In this document: in pieces, positions 8,359 through 17,525 of the stretch | Layout of the letters: the number at the start of each line of letters is the position of its first letter | How positions within the stretch are numbered: the stretch's first letter is position 1 | DNA from: a virus | Lineage: Duplodnaviria > Caudoviricetes | Virus record (IMG/VR): IMGVR_UViG_3300028024_000009 | Span: 1 to 60,546 of that record | Direction: 5' to 3' (one strand) | Length of the DNA stretch: 60,546 nucleotides | The notes under the pieces: model-generated | Seen by the model: the letters and a program-made list of their open reading frames with translations, nothing else | What the model was told of the DNA's origin: nothing | Database searches by the model: none | Program-made: the position numbers and the translations under genes

Positions 8359-8855
8359 ATAAGCAGAAACAGCTCGAAAAACTTCTTCTGGGGTGTCCAA
8401 CGTGTGCGTACGAGGAAGCGGATGGGGTACTCTATCGCCACTGCAACAAATGCCAGTTCGACATCTCAAAGCTTGCGTACGAGATCGTGATCGAGAACAA
8501 AACAACCCTCGGTGCTTCCGGTTTCCGCAATGGATTGACCGATGCTGAGGAGGAGATGCTTCAGATTGCGGAGGAGGAGTGCGCCGAGCTGATTCAGGCC
8601 ATCTCGAAGATTCGCCGACACGGAATCGATCGGGAGGAAGTAGGGCAGAAGGGAGAGGAACCTCTCGAGGAGGGCCCCCGGATTCAAAATCTCCACGAAG
8701 AGTGCGGCGACGTGATCGCGTGTATCGCGATCCTCTCCCACAACAAACTCATCGAGATTGGTCGGGTCAACAAAGTCGCACGACAGAAACTCGATCGCCT
8801 CAAGGTTCCCGGCAACACGCGGGTTCATTTCATGGTTCCTCACATGATTCCGTAG
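8355..8855 (+). CDS. MazG-like nucleotide pyrophosphohydrolase with N-terminal Zn finger
   Basis: 'EEECAELIQAISK' and 'EECGDV' (ExxE...ExxD), plus CPTC/CNKC. Confidence 0.75.
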   Translation: MNKQKQLEKLLLGCPTCAYEEADGVLYRHCNKCQFDISKLAYEIVIENKTTLGASGFRNGLTDAEEEMLQIAEEECAELIQAISKIRRHGIDREEVGQKGEEPLEEGPRIQNLHEECGDVIACIAILSHNKLIEIGRVNKVARQKLDRLKVPGNTRVHFMVPHMIP

Positions 8856-9083
8856 GAGGTGATGCGTTCAATGAGTCCGGAAGATCAAGAAGACCTCGAC
8901 CGGAGGAGTAGGAAACCATAAACGCGGGGGCTCGCATCCGCGCAAACACGAGAGGAGGTGATGTCCAGTGATTACGCCCTATGAGCCGGGCAAAATGCCC
9001 CCAGGGATAGTCCGGGGGTAGCAGCATCCGGCGAACAACACTCGACATCTATGGGGGAGACGTGGTAGCATGCCTCCCCCATA

Positions 9084-10589
9084 ATGTCCACCGCTCTAGC
9101 CAAGCTTGATCTCTCCGACCCCGGATCGCTGCGGAAGCAGCTAGCCGCATTCAATACGGAGGACCTAATCCTCCTGCGCTGGAAGATGCTATGGAAAGCC
9201 CAAGCCCGGCGCAAACAAATTCCCCCCACCCTGTTACCGAGCGGCAAGCCGTGGAAAGTCTTCGGCGTGCGCTCCGGTCGCGGCTTCGGCAAAACTCTGA
9301 TGGGAGCGAATTGGCTCGGGCAGGCTGCCGCAAGCGATCCCGGGAGCTACAATTTCGTTATCGCTCCGACGCACGACGACGTACGATATACGTGCTTCGA
9401 AGGTCCTACGGGGCTCTTTTCGGTTATCCCCCCGCAGCTCATCGCCGATTGCAATTTGACGCTCCCGTCGATAACCCTGACGAACAGGTCGATCATCAGA
9501 GGATTCGCGGCCGTCGCTCCCGAGCGCTTGCGCGGTCCGCAGAGCAATCGCATCTGGGCGGATGAGGTTGCGTCTTGGCGCGAGCCTAATAAGTCCTGGG
9601 ACAACCTGATGTTCGGGTTGCGCCTCGGTCCGCATCCGCAGATCTTCTGGACTGGCACGCCGAAGCCAACCCCGTTCGTCACCAAGCTGTGCAAATATCT
9701 CACCGACATTCTGGTGTTGGGATCCACATACGAGAATCGGGAAAATCTGGCCGACTCGTTCTACGAGAACGTTGCAAAGTACGAAGGGACGAAGATCGGT
9801 CGTCAGGAACTCTATGGGGAGCTGATCGATCCCGAAGAGTCTGGATTCGTCAAGCGTTCCGATTGGAGGCTTTGGCCGGCGGGCAAGCCGCTGCCTCGCT
9901 TTAAGTTCATCCTCCTCTCCCTGGACACCGCTTTTACTGAGAAAACGTTCGATAAAAAGGAACAGGAGAACGATCCGACTGCCTGTTCCGTTTGGGGTAT
10001 GTTCGAATACGAGCGCAAAGAGCACGTGATGCTGCTCGACTGCTGGGAAGAGCACCTCGGGTTCCCCGAGCTGATCCGCCGTACCAAGCGGGAGATGAAG
10101 AAAACGTACGGAGATGCCGACGAACCCCTGATCAAGGTCGTTCTCCCCGGACAGATTACTCCACACCACGGACGCAAGCCTGATTTGATCTTGATCGAGG
10201 ATAAAGGCAGCGGTATTTCTCTGCGCCAATCTCTGGCAATGGAAAATATATTCGCTGAGCCATATAATCCGGGCCGCATGGATAAGCTCTCCCGGCTCCA
10301 TGCGGTATCTCCCCTCTTCCCCCACAAGCGGGTATGGGCAGTGGAGAGCCGGAACAATCGGGGGAACCCGGTTTCGTGGGCCGATCCGATCATCACTCAG
10401 GTTTGCTCGTATGTCGGCGAGGGTTCTCTCGAGCACGATGACCTTCTCGACACCGCGACACAGGCATTGAAGTTTTTGATGGATAAGTTCCGGATGACGT
10501 TTACGAACAAGGTCGATCCCGACGAGAAGACTAAACAGGCGGCCGATAAGCTCCGACAGAAAAAGGCAGGTAACCCCTATGATCAATGA
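9084..10589 (+). CDS. terL: Terminase large subunit
   Basis: Walker A 'GRGFGKT', 'LRGPQ', Walker B 'WADE', 'TGTP', and nuclease motifs 'SLDTA' and 'HDDLLD'. Confidence 0.95.
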   Translation: MSTALAKLDLSDPGSLRKQLAAFNTEDLILLRWKMLWKAQARRKQIPPTLLPSGKPWKVFGVRSGRGFGKTLMGANWLGQAAASDPGSYNFVIAPTHDDVRYTCFEGPTGLFSVIPPQLIADCNLTLPSITLTNRSIIRGFAAVAPERLRGPQSNRIWADEVASWREPNKSWDNLMFGLRLGPHPQIFWTGTPKPTPFVTKLCKYLTDILVLGSTYENRENLADSFYENVAKYEGTKIGRQELYGELIDPEESGFVKRSDWRLWPAGKPLPRFKFILLSLDTAFTEKTFDKKEQENDPTACSVWGMFEYERKEHVMLLDCWEEHLGFPELIRRTKREMKKTYGDADEPLIKVVLPGQITPHHGRKPDLILIEDKGSGISLRQSLAMENIFAEPYNPGRMDKLSRLHAVSPLFPHKRVWAVESRNNRGNPVSWADPIITQVCSYVGEGSLEHDDLLDTATQALKFLMDKFRMTFTNKVDPDEKTKQAADKLRQKKAGNPYDQ

Positions 10590-10839
10590 GCAAGGTACGT
10601 ATATCAGTCGACCCGTGGAGATCGAGGCTTTCCACTGGAATGGTGAGCCTCCTGTCGAGTGGCCGGCTTGGGCTCGAGACAGTCTCTCGATCCGCTACGA
10701 GATTTCGTGTCTTCAGGTTGATACGGAGGAAGGAACGATGCGAGCCAATCGCGGGGACTGGATTATCAAAGGAACAATCGGAGAAGTCTATCCCTGCAAA
10801 GACCAAGTCTTTCGGAAGAAGTATGACAAAGTCGACTAG
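10579..10839 (+). CDS. Conserved small phage protein (PGDYG-like)
   Basis: 'T.EG.M.A..GDWIIKG..GEVYPCK..VF.K.Y'. Confidence 0.75.
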   Translation: MINEQGTYISRPVEIEAFHWNGEPPVEWPAWARDSLSIRYEISCLQVDTEEGTMRANRGDWIIKGTIGEVYPCKDQVFRKKYDKVD

Positions 10840-11008
10840 CGCTCGCGCGTATCGGCGCCTGGTGAAAAAGGGTATGATCGATGAGATCAAGCGACGCACT
10901 GGCCGAGATGCGTCGAGTTCGTCTGAGGTTCGGAAAATGATCCAGGAGCGAATCTTGGAGAAGGAACGTAAAGAGGCGCTTCCGGATGTGGATATTCCCC
11001 GCCAATGA
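10823..11008 (+). CDS. Hypothetical basic protein
   Basis: Fills the gap in the operon, with coupled stops and starts. Confidence 0.5.
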   Translation: MTKSTSARAYRRLVKKGMIDEIKRRTGRDASSSSEVRKMIQERILEKERKEALPDVDIPRQ

Positions 11009-11184
11009 CTCCAGCTGAGTACATCGAATTCATTGAGGAGAATATGGGATTCCCCGAAACGGGTATCGGACAGGATCCCGATAATCTCCTCTACTGCACT
11101 AAAGAACAGTGCGAAGCGCTGGCGAAGGCTCACACCGAGTATGTCGCCGCTGTTGAGAAAATCCTTTTCCCTGAGGGGAGATAA
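11005..11184 (+). CDS. Hypothetical protein (59 aa; not in ORF track)
   Basis: ATGA overlap, reading MTPAEYIEFIEENMGF...; ends 2 nt before the portal start. Confidence 0.5.
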   Translation: MTPAEYIEFIEENMGFPETGIGQDPDNLLYCTKEQCEALAKAHTEYVAAVEKILFPEGR

Positions 11185-11186
11185 GA

Positions 11187-13790
11187 ATGGCTACCGCTGA
11201 AGGTGAAGTGCTACCCGTAGAGTCCGACGACGAGGATCCAATCGAAACTGATGATGGCGGAGCCATTCTCAAGCTTCAAAAGGACGAGAAGGAATCCTCA
11301 CCCCCGGCTAATGAGACCGAATTCTATCGGAATCTGGCGGAGGAGATTCCAGACTACTATCTGGTCCAGCTCGGCGAGCAGCTGAAGAAGGCTATCGAGC
11401 AAGACAAGAAGGACCGCGAGGAACGCGACAAACAGCAGGCCGAGTCGATCAAGAGAACCGGATTCGGGGGCGAGGCTCCAGGCGGTGCCTCTTTCATGGG
11501 CGCGTCGAAGGCGGTTCACCCGATGCTCGGGAAGGCTGCAATTGACTTTGGCTCACGCATGATCGCTGAGCTGTTCCCCCCTGAAGGCCCCGTGAGGGAT
11601 TACATCCCCGGCGAAGCAACCCAGGAACGCGTTGATAAGGCACGGCGCAAATGCGCCTACATGAATTGGCAGTTCAAGGTTCAGATGCCGGAGGCCTACA
11701 ACCAGACTGAGCAGATGCTGGTTCAAGATGTGATGGGAGGCTCTCAGTACATCCGAATCGTGTGGGACGAGCGTCGCCGGCGTCCGGTTTATCAGTTCAT
11801 TCCGATTGATGAAGTCTACCTGCCATCGGCCGCTAGCGACTACTACACGTCGGAGCGTATCACTTACGCGGAGACCATCACGCAGCTCGAGTTCGAAAAT
11901 CGCGTTCGTGCCAAGATCTATCTGAAGGTCAAGGATCCGCCGCCATCGCAGGCTCCCGAGCGCACTGAATCGCAAAAGGCTACGGACAGAATCGCGGGCA
12001 ACAAGCCGGAGCAGCTGAATCAGTCGGGCTCGAGAATGGTGTATCTGTCGGAAACCTTCCTCGAGATCGAGCAGAATGGTAGACTTCGCATTCCGGGTGA
12101 GGAGCGCGGCGAAGGGTCTCCCGAGATGCTCGAGGTCGATCCACTACCGTACCTCATCTCGGTCGATGCCCAGACCGGTAAGATTCTGTCGATCGTTCGT
12201 AATTGGGAAGAGGAGGACAAGAACTACGAGCCCATCCGCTGGATGACTGATTTCCCGTTCCTTGTATGGAGGGGTGCTGTCGGTGCGTCTCTCGGACAAA
12301 TCATCGGATCTCTCAGTGGCGCTGCTACTGGTGCTCTACGAGCTTTGCTGGATAGCGCTCATATTAACAACATTCCAACCCTGCTGAAGTTGAAGGGTGC
12401 GAATATGCCTGGCCAGTCTATCGAGACTGGGGTTGGGCAGATCATCGAGATCGAGGGCGGAGTGGCTCCCGATCAGGATATCCGGAAGCTGTTGATGGCC
12501 ATCCCGTACAATGAGCCGTCCTTGACTCTCTTACAGCTCCTTGGCTTCCTGGGCGACGCAGGGGAAGGCGTCGTGCAGATGACGTTCACGAAGTTCGTCG
12601 AATCGGGTCGTCCAGACATGCCCGTCGGGACCACTCTCGCCCTCATTGAGCAGGGAATGAAAGTCCTTGCCGGCATCCATAAGCGGATGCACTCTTCGAT
12701 GGACAAGTTGATTCGACACTTGCATCGTATCAACCGAATGTACGTTACGGACGACGAGATCAAGAACGACACGGGGGAGATGCTCGCGCTCCGGTCTGAC
12801 TTCGAAGGACCGCTTGATGTGGTTCCGATCTCCGATCCGGAAGTGTTTTCGGACGTGCAGCGGTTCGCTCAACTCCAGCTAATCTCACAGCGGGCGATGA
12901 CACTGCCGATGCTCTATGACCTGAGGAAGGTCGAGGAGCTGATCCTCTCCCGTACAAAGGTTCCGAACGCCAAGGAGTTGTTGCTCCCGTCAAACACTCC
13001 GAAGGAGATGAATGCCGTCAACGAGAACATGGCGATGGCGCTCGGTCAGGGGGTCGCGGCGTTCCCGGAGCAAGATCATCTTGCACATATTCAAGTCCAC
13101 GTCGACTTCTGGAACAATCCATTCCTCGGCAAACAGAACCCGGTACTGGTGCAAAAGCTCGCGCCGAAGTTCGTCCAACACCTGATGGAGCATATTCTCC
13201 TATGGTACGTAAGTCATACGGTGGAGATCGTCTCAAAGGAGGCCGGTAAAGACGTCGGGGCACTATTGAAGTACCGTGATCCGGAGACTCGTGCGGAGCT
13301 TGATCGCACGCTCGCGGCAGCCTCGGCCGGGGTACTCCTCGACGTGAATGAGAAATTTGCTAAGTTGCCCCCGATCATCGACGAGGCCTGGCAGATCGCT
13401 CAGAAGATTGCATCCTCCCAGATGCCACAGGATCCCGCTTCGGCTGCTGCGGTTCAGATCGCTCAGATGGACAACGCGACCAAGGCGAAGAAGATCGACA
13501 CGGATGCGCAGATCGCTTCGATGAAGCACGGTGGAGAACAGCAGAAGGTTCAGGCGGAACTCGGAGATCGACAGCTGGCACGTATTGCCGAGGCTGCGAA
13601 TGAGCAGCGGCGTCAGGAGGGCGACGACCGACGCACACAGCTCGACAACGCAACGAAGGAGCGTACGAATCTCCAGGACAACATGACCGCTCTCACTATC
13701 GCGGACGCCGAAGTGCAGAGCAAAGAGAAAGTAGCGGTTTCAAAAGGCACCGGGGTCAATCCCGGATCAAAGCAACCAAGCGGAGAATAA
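11187..13790 (+). CDS. Portal protein (P22-like, long C-terminal helical extension)
   Basis: 867 aa, follows terL. Motifs 'HPML..A..DF', 'YMNWQ', 'PVGTTLALIEQG' and 'QDHLAHIQVH'. Confidence 0.9.
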   Translation: MATAEGEVLPVESDDEDPIETDDGGAILKLQKDEKESSPPANETEFYRNLAEEIPDYYLVQLGEQLKKAIEQDKKDREERDKQQAESIKRTGFGGEAPGGASFMGASKAVHPMLGKAAIDFGSRMIAELFPPEGPVRDYIPGEATQERVDKARRKCAYMNWQFKVQMPEAYNQTEQMLVQDVMGGSQYIRIVWDERRRRPVYQFIPIDEVYLPSAASDYYTSERITYAETITQLEFENRVRAKIYLKVKDPPPSQAPERTESQKATDRIAGNKPEQLNQSGSRMVYLSETFLEIEQNGRLRIPGEERGEGSPEMLEVDPLPYLISVDAQTGKILSIVRNWEEEDKNYEPIRWMTDFPFLVWRGAVGASLGQIIGSLSGAATGALRALLDSAHINNIPTLLKLKGANMPGQSIETGVGQIIEIEGGVAPDQDIRKLLMAIPYNEPSLTLLQLLGFLGDAGEGVVQMTFTKFVESGRPDMPVGTTLALIEQGMKVLAGIHKRMHSSMDKLIRHLHRINRMYVTDDEIKNDTGEMLALRSDFEGPLDVVPISDPEVFSDVQRFAQLQLISQRAMTLPMLYDLRKVEELILSRTKVPNAKELLLPSNTPKEMNAVNENMAMALGQGVAAFPEQDHLAHIQVHVDFWNNPFLGKQNPVLVQKLAPKFVQHLMEHILLWYVSHTVEIVSKEAGKDVGALLKYRDPETRAELDRTLAAASAGVLLDVNEKFAKLPPIIDEAWQIAQKIASSQMPQDPASAAAVQIAQMDNATKAKKIDTDAQIASMKHGGEQQKVQAELGDRQLARIAEAANEQRRQEGDDRRTQLDNATKERTNLQDNMTALTIADAEVQSKEKVAVSKGTGVNPGSKQPSGE

Positions 13791-13796
13791 CGGGTT

Positions 13797-14006
13797 ATGA
13801 AAGATTACCAGCAGCGAGTAGTCGACGAGAAGAAAGAACTCGACGGCAGACTCGCGAAGCTTGACGACTTCATCGAGAATGCCCCCCTCTTCGGGACAGT
13901 GGACCCCCCTGAGCAGTATCGTCTGCGGAAGCAGCGTGCGCTCATGAGAGATCTCTCGGAGCTGTTGGGGGATCGTATCGCGGCCTTTCCGAAGGAGGTC
14001 GCATGA
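13797..14006 (+). CDS. crAss001_48-like / Sequestin-like anti-defence sponge
   Basis: 'YQQRV..E..EL..RL.KL..FI....F......Q..L..Q...M......L..RIA.F', as recalled for the T4 Y16Q-type family. Confidence 0.7.
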   Translation: MKDYQQRVVDEKKELDGRLAKLDDFIENAPLFGTVDPPEQYRLRKQRALMRDLSELLGDRIAAFPKEVA

Positions 14007-14293
14007 GCACTCCAGCCCCGGGTGATACCAAGGTCGCCAGCACCTCCGACGAGCGCACGGCGAACAACGCCATGCGACACAACTACCGGACTCTCTCCGA
14101 GGAAGAGAAGGCTTATATGCAGGAGATCAAGGACATGGGAGCCGATTTCACCCGGCTGCTGCATCGGGTCGGTCGTACCAGCTCCCCCAATGACCCGACC
14201 CAGGACCATCGGTTCGCATCGGCCGATCTCACTCTCGCGTTCCGGCATATGGAAGATGCTGTCATGCGCGCTGTCAAGCACATCACTCGGTGA
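14003..14293 (+). CDS. Acb2/Tad1-hairpin family anti-defence sponge
   Basis: 'H.YRTLSEEEK..M..IK..G..F..L' and 'L.LA....E.AVM.AVK.I' parallel the Acb2 pattern 'YRDLSQEEI..M..VK..G..F'. Confidence 0.75.
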   Translation: MSTPAPGDTKVASTSDERTANNAMRHNYRTLSEEEKAYMQEIKDMGADFTRLLHRVGRTSSPNDPTQDHRFASADLTLAFRHMEDAVMRAVKHITR

Positions 14294-14296
14294 TCC

Positions 14297-14935
14297 ATGA
14301 AATACCTCGTCTCAGCTCTCATTCTTCTGTTCGGGTTCTCGAGCATGGCTTCGGCCGAGAACCTCAAATTCACGGTCGGCCAGCAGGTGAACACCAACGG
14401 CTCGGTCACCCCCACTCTGACATGGTGTACCGAGCAAGTGACTTCTCCGGGACTCACCTGCGCGGGAAGCGCTCCAGCGAGTGCCTGTACCGCTTCCGGT
14501 GATTGGAGCGGGTCGAAAGCCGCCTCTGGCTCCGAGACCTTGGCAGCGGTATCAACCACGAAAACGTACAGTCTCCAGTGCTCGTGGCCCGGTTCGGATC
14601 AGTTTACCGTCAAGTGGACTCCACCGACGACTAACTCGGACGGCTCCCCCCTGACTGACTTGAAAGGATTTCATGTCTATTACTCGACCTCGAGTTCGAT
14701 GTCGCAGAATCAGCTTAAGGATGTTCAGAATCCAGCGGCGGGGAGTGTGATCATCGGACCGGGACTCGCGCCTGCTACTTACTATGTGGTCGTAAGCGCG
14801 TATAACGTGCCGGGCGCGGAGTCGACTAAGGTGCCAAGCCCACCTCTGAGTCGAGCCGTTTCATCCGGAGCGGTCGTCGGCCAAACTGTTAAGGTCACGT
14901 TTCCGGCCGCCCCGACTAACCTTACCGTCGAATGA
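14297..14935 (+). CDS. Secreted fibronectin type III domain protein
   Basis: Signal peptide ending ASA, and FN3 motif 'WTPPTTNSDGSPLTDLKGF.VYY...L...TYY.VVSAYN..G.ES'. Confidence 0.8.
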   Translation: MKYLVSALILLFGFSSMASAENLKFTVGQQVNTNGSVTPTLTWCTEQVTSPGLTCAGSAPASACTASGDWSGSKAASGSETLAAVSTTKTYSLQCSWPGSDQFTVKWTPPTTNSDGSPLTDLKGFHVYYSTSSSMSQNQLKDVQNPAAGSVIIGPGLAPATYYVVVSAYNVPGAESTKVPSPPLSRAVSSGAVVGQTVKVTFPAAPTNLTVE

Positions 14936-14945
14936 GGAGAACACC

Positions 14946-15113
14946 ATGGCAGACGAAGCGACCAGGCAGCACTACCGGTATGCCACCGGCTCGGGGGGGC
15001 TCGACAAAACCCCCGCGAAAACAGCCGGAACTCCCGGCTTTCGCAAGGGCGGGACCGTCCGCAAGCAGGCCGGAGGCTCCACGTACCGCAAGGGCGGGAA
15101 GCCCAGTAAGTAA
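14946..15113 (+). CDS. Small basic protein with three xxxGG motifs (55 aa; not in ORF track)
   Basis: GAGGAG RBS; MADEATRQHYRYATGSGGLDKTPAKTAGTPGFRKGGTVRKQAGGSTYRKGGKPSK. Confidence 0.7.
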   Translation: MADEATRQHYRYATGSGGLDKTPAKTAGTPGFRKGGTVRKQAGGSTYRKGGKPSK

Positions 15114-15148
15114 CCTGGGCTTTGCAGCCGACCGGAGACAGTGGTAGT

Positions 15149-15361
15149 ATGGCACCCCTCGAACCCGACAAGTATCTGAGAAAGCTTCGAGAGCTACGCC
15201 AAAAACATGCCTGGGAATCCACGACTAGCCCGCAACTCTCGAGCCGATTCAATCTCGGCGAAGCGTATGCGTATGTCTTGGGTTTCCAGGCGGGTTTGGA
15301 CCAAGCAGAGAAGCTCGTACACGAGATACTGACCGCATTAGAGAAGGACTTTAGCGAATGA
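15149..15361 (+). CDS. Hypothetical helical protein
   Basis: GGAG RBS, coupled to the GroES-like gene. Confidence 0.6.
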   Translation: MAPLEPDKYLRKLRELRQKHAWESTTSPQLSSRFNLGEAYAYVLGFQAGLDQAEKLVHEILTALEKDFSE

Positions 15362-15792
15362 GCGCTCGAATCATCCCCATCCTTGCTTACGGATCTCTCG
15401 AAGAGGCATACCCGGATGTAGATCCGGAGTTTCGCTGTTTCGGGAATCGCGTGTGCGTCCAGCTCCGGACGCCGAAGAACATGACAGCCGGTGGAATAGC
15501 TCTCCCCGAGACAGCCGCTCTCGAAGAGTTCGCCCAATGGAATACGCAGATCGCAAAACTCATTTCGGTGGGTCCGGTCGCATTCCGTGATCGCGATACT
15601 CTCAAGCCGTGGCCGGAAGGGGATTGGGCAACCCCCGGTCTGTTCGTCCGCGTTCCAATGCACGGAGGCGACCGCTGGTGGAAGCCAGTGCCGGGTCGAA
15701 CGGATCATCGGGCTCTCTTCGCCGTCTACCAAGACGTTGATCTGAAAGGCGAGTACACCGGCGACCCGCTGAAGATCGACGCATTCCTCTGA
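15358..15792 (+). CDS. GroES-like co-chaperonin
   Basis: 'GNRV.V....P...TAGGIALPE' mobile loop and 'ISVGP'. Confidence 0.85.
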   Translation: MSARIIPILAYGSLEEAYPDVDPEFRCFGNRVCVQLRTPKNMTAGGIALPETAALEEFAQWNTQIAKLISVGPVAFRDRDTLKPWPEGDWATPGLFVRVPMHGGDRWWKPVPGRTDHRALFAVYQDVDLKGEYTGDPLKIDAFL

Positions 15793-15802
15793 GGAAACCC
15801 AC

Positions 15803-16849
15803 ATGGCGAAAGAAGATCAGAAAGAAGACGAGAAGCTCGTCCCGGTCGGGGATAGCGTCGAGACTTCTGAGAAAGAAGAAGAGTCGAAGAAACCAGCGAA
15901 ATCCGCCGCTGACGAAGACTCGGATGAGAAGGTTGGACATGCGGAGGAGGCCAGCGACGACGAAGAGGACGACGAAGAGGGTGAGGTCAGCCCCGAGCGT
16001 CAGAGGATCCGCGAACGTCGCAAGCGCGAGAAACTCAACCGACAGCGTCGGATCAGCAGCGACCGGCGTGAACTCGACTTCCTGCGCAAGCGGAACGAGC
16101 AGGTGGAGCAGGAACTCTCGAAGGTTCGGCTGCGTCAGGATAAGGTTGAAGATGCCTCCGTCGATGGTCGAATCGGGATTCTCGAGGGTCAGATTCGAGA
16201 AGCCGAGGAGATACACGGCAAAGCGGTCGACGCGAAGGACGGTGCGACCGCGACCGAGGCTCTCAGGGTCCGCGATCAGCTCCGGGACGCACTCGGGCAG
16301 CTGAAAGGCGGAAAGGAGACTCGACAGAAGGAACGTAAGGAGGAGCAGCAGCGAGCGGCTCAGGCCGACAGCGCTCCTGACACCGAAGCCGTGATTCTCG
16401 GGCGCGAATGGGTCAGTAAGAATGGATGGTTCGACCCGAAGCTCGGAGATGAAGATTCGTTCCTCGTTCGTGCGATTGAGGAGCGCATGGCCCGAGAGGG
16501 TCGGCTCGATCCTGCCACCCCTGAGTACTGGGAGGAGTTTGATCGTCGCATCGACAAGAAGTTTCCCAATCTCCGCAAGGAGAAAACGGCCAAGGACGCC
16601 GACGATGAAGACGTCGAGTGGGATGAGGACGACGAGAAGCCCCAGAAGAAGACTCCGGAGAAGAAGCGAGGTGGCCCTCGCATCGCGATTGGAGGTAAGA
16701 CTCGATCCTTGAAACCGAACGAGGTTTACCTCAGTGAACAGAGAATCCAAGCTTTGAAGGAAGCGGGTGTCTACGACGACCCCGAGAAACTTCAGAGATA
16801 TTTGAAAGCCTACAAGCGCTATGATGAAGAAGCGCTTCGTAACAGCTGA
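15803..16849 (+). CDS. Capsid scaffolding protein (probable)
   Basis: Acidic N-terminus, long coiled coil and 'W..KN.WF', upstream of the capsid genes. Confidence 0.7.
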   Translation: MAKEDQKEDEKLVPVGDSVETSEKEEESKKPAKSAADEDSDEKVGHAEEASDDEEDDEEGEVSPERQRIRERRKREKLNRQRRISSDRRELDFLRKRNEQVEQELSKVRLRQDKVEDASVDGRIGILEGQIREAEEIHGKAVDAKDGATATEALRVRDQLRDALGQLKGGKETRQKERKEEQQRAAQADSAPDTEAVILGREWVSKNGWFDPKLGDEDSFLVRAIEERMAREGRLDPATPEYWEEFDRRIDKKFPNLRKEKTAKDADDEDVEWDEDDEKPQKKTPEKKRGGPRIAIGGKTRSLKPNEVYLSEQRIQALKEAGVYDDPEKLQRYLKAYKRYDEEALRNS

Positions 16850-16870
16850 AACTCGCTGAAGGAGTGAGTG

Positions 16871-17482
16871 ATGGCACGTCAAGTTAAGAGAGATGCAGTC
16901 CTCGGCCGAAAAGGAACGATTCGGAGAGAGCGTACCGCGACCAGCGAACGCTCCAAGAGTCGTGAGATGTCGGATGATGAGCGCGTCGATATGTTGAGGA
17001 TGTCGTTTTTCCAGTCAGCCCTTCCGGATTTGCCTCAAATCGAGGGTTACCATGTTTGCTGGCTTACGACGAACAATTCGCGTGATCCAATCATCGGACG
17101 AGAGCGTCTCGGCTATCAGCTGATCCGGGCATCCGAACTCCCTGAGTTCGAGTTCCCGTCGCAGAAGGGTGGTCAATACGATGGTTGTATCATGGTGAAT
17201 GAGATGATTGCCGCGAAGATTCCGCTGCGTCTCTATCAGCGGTTCATGGCGAACAACCATCATCAGGAACCTCTCCGCGAGGAAGAGCGAATTGCGTACG
17301 ACAATCAGGCCAAGAAGGCTGATGCTGCATCTCATGGTGGCGTTCTGATCGAGGCACCCGCGATGGTTGCACTGGGCAAGGACCCCGGTACTCCCAACTT
17401 CACGGCTCCTCCGCCCTCTTCTTTACCGATGTCTCCTAACCAGAAATTCGATGAGGATTGGTCGGATTACCGTCCGGAGTAA
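16871..17482 (+). CDS. Conserved head-module protein
   Basis: 'LP.I.GYH.CWL...N..D.I..R..LGY', between scaffold and capsid genes. Confidence 0.65.
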   Translation: MARQVKRDAVLGRKGTIRRERTATSERSKSREMSDDERVDMLRMSFFQSALPDLPQIEGYHVCWLTTNNSRDPIIGRERLGYQLIRASELPEFEFPSQKGGQYDGCIMVNEMIAAKIPLRLYQRFMANNHHQEPLREEERIAYDNQAKKADAASHGGVLIEAPAMVALGKDPGTPNFTAPPPSSLPMSPNQKFDEDWSDYRPE

Positions 17483-17525
17483 GTGTGCTCGGGGGTTTGT
17501 TCCGTTCCACGAGGAGTAAGCCCTC

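Noticed and set aside
9234-10586. Long antisense ORFs (450 aa here; also 15602-16882, 14782-15804, 4469-5380, 43104-43967)
   Set aside because: Shadows of well-supported genes on the opposite strand in GC-rich DNA, with no motifs.
14932-15147. 71-aa ORF from the track
   Set aside because: The alternative frame 14946-15113 has a proper RBS and the shared xxxGG motifs.
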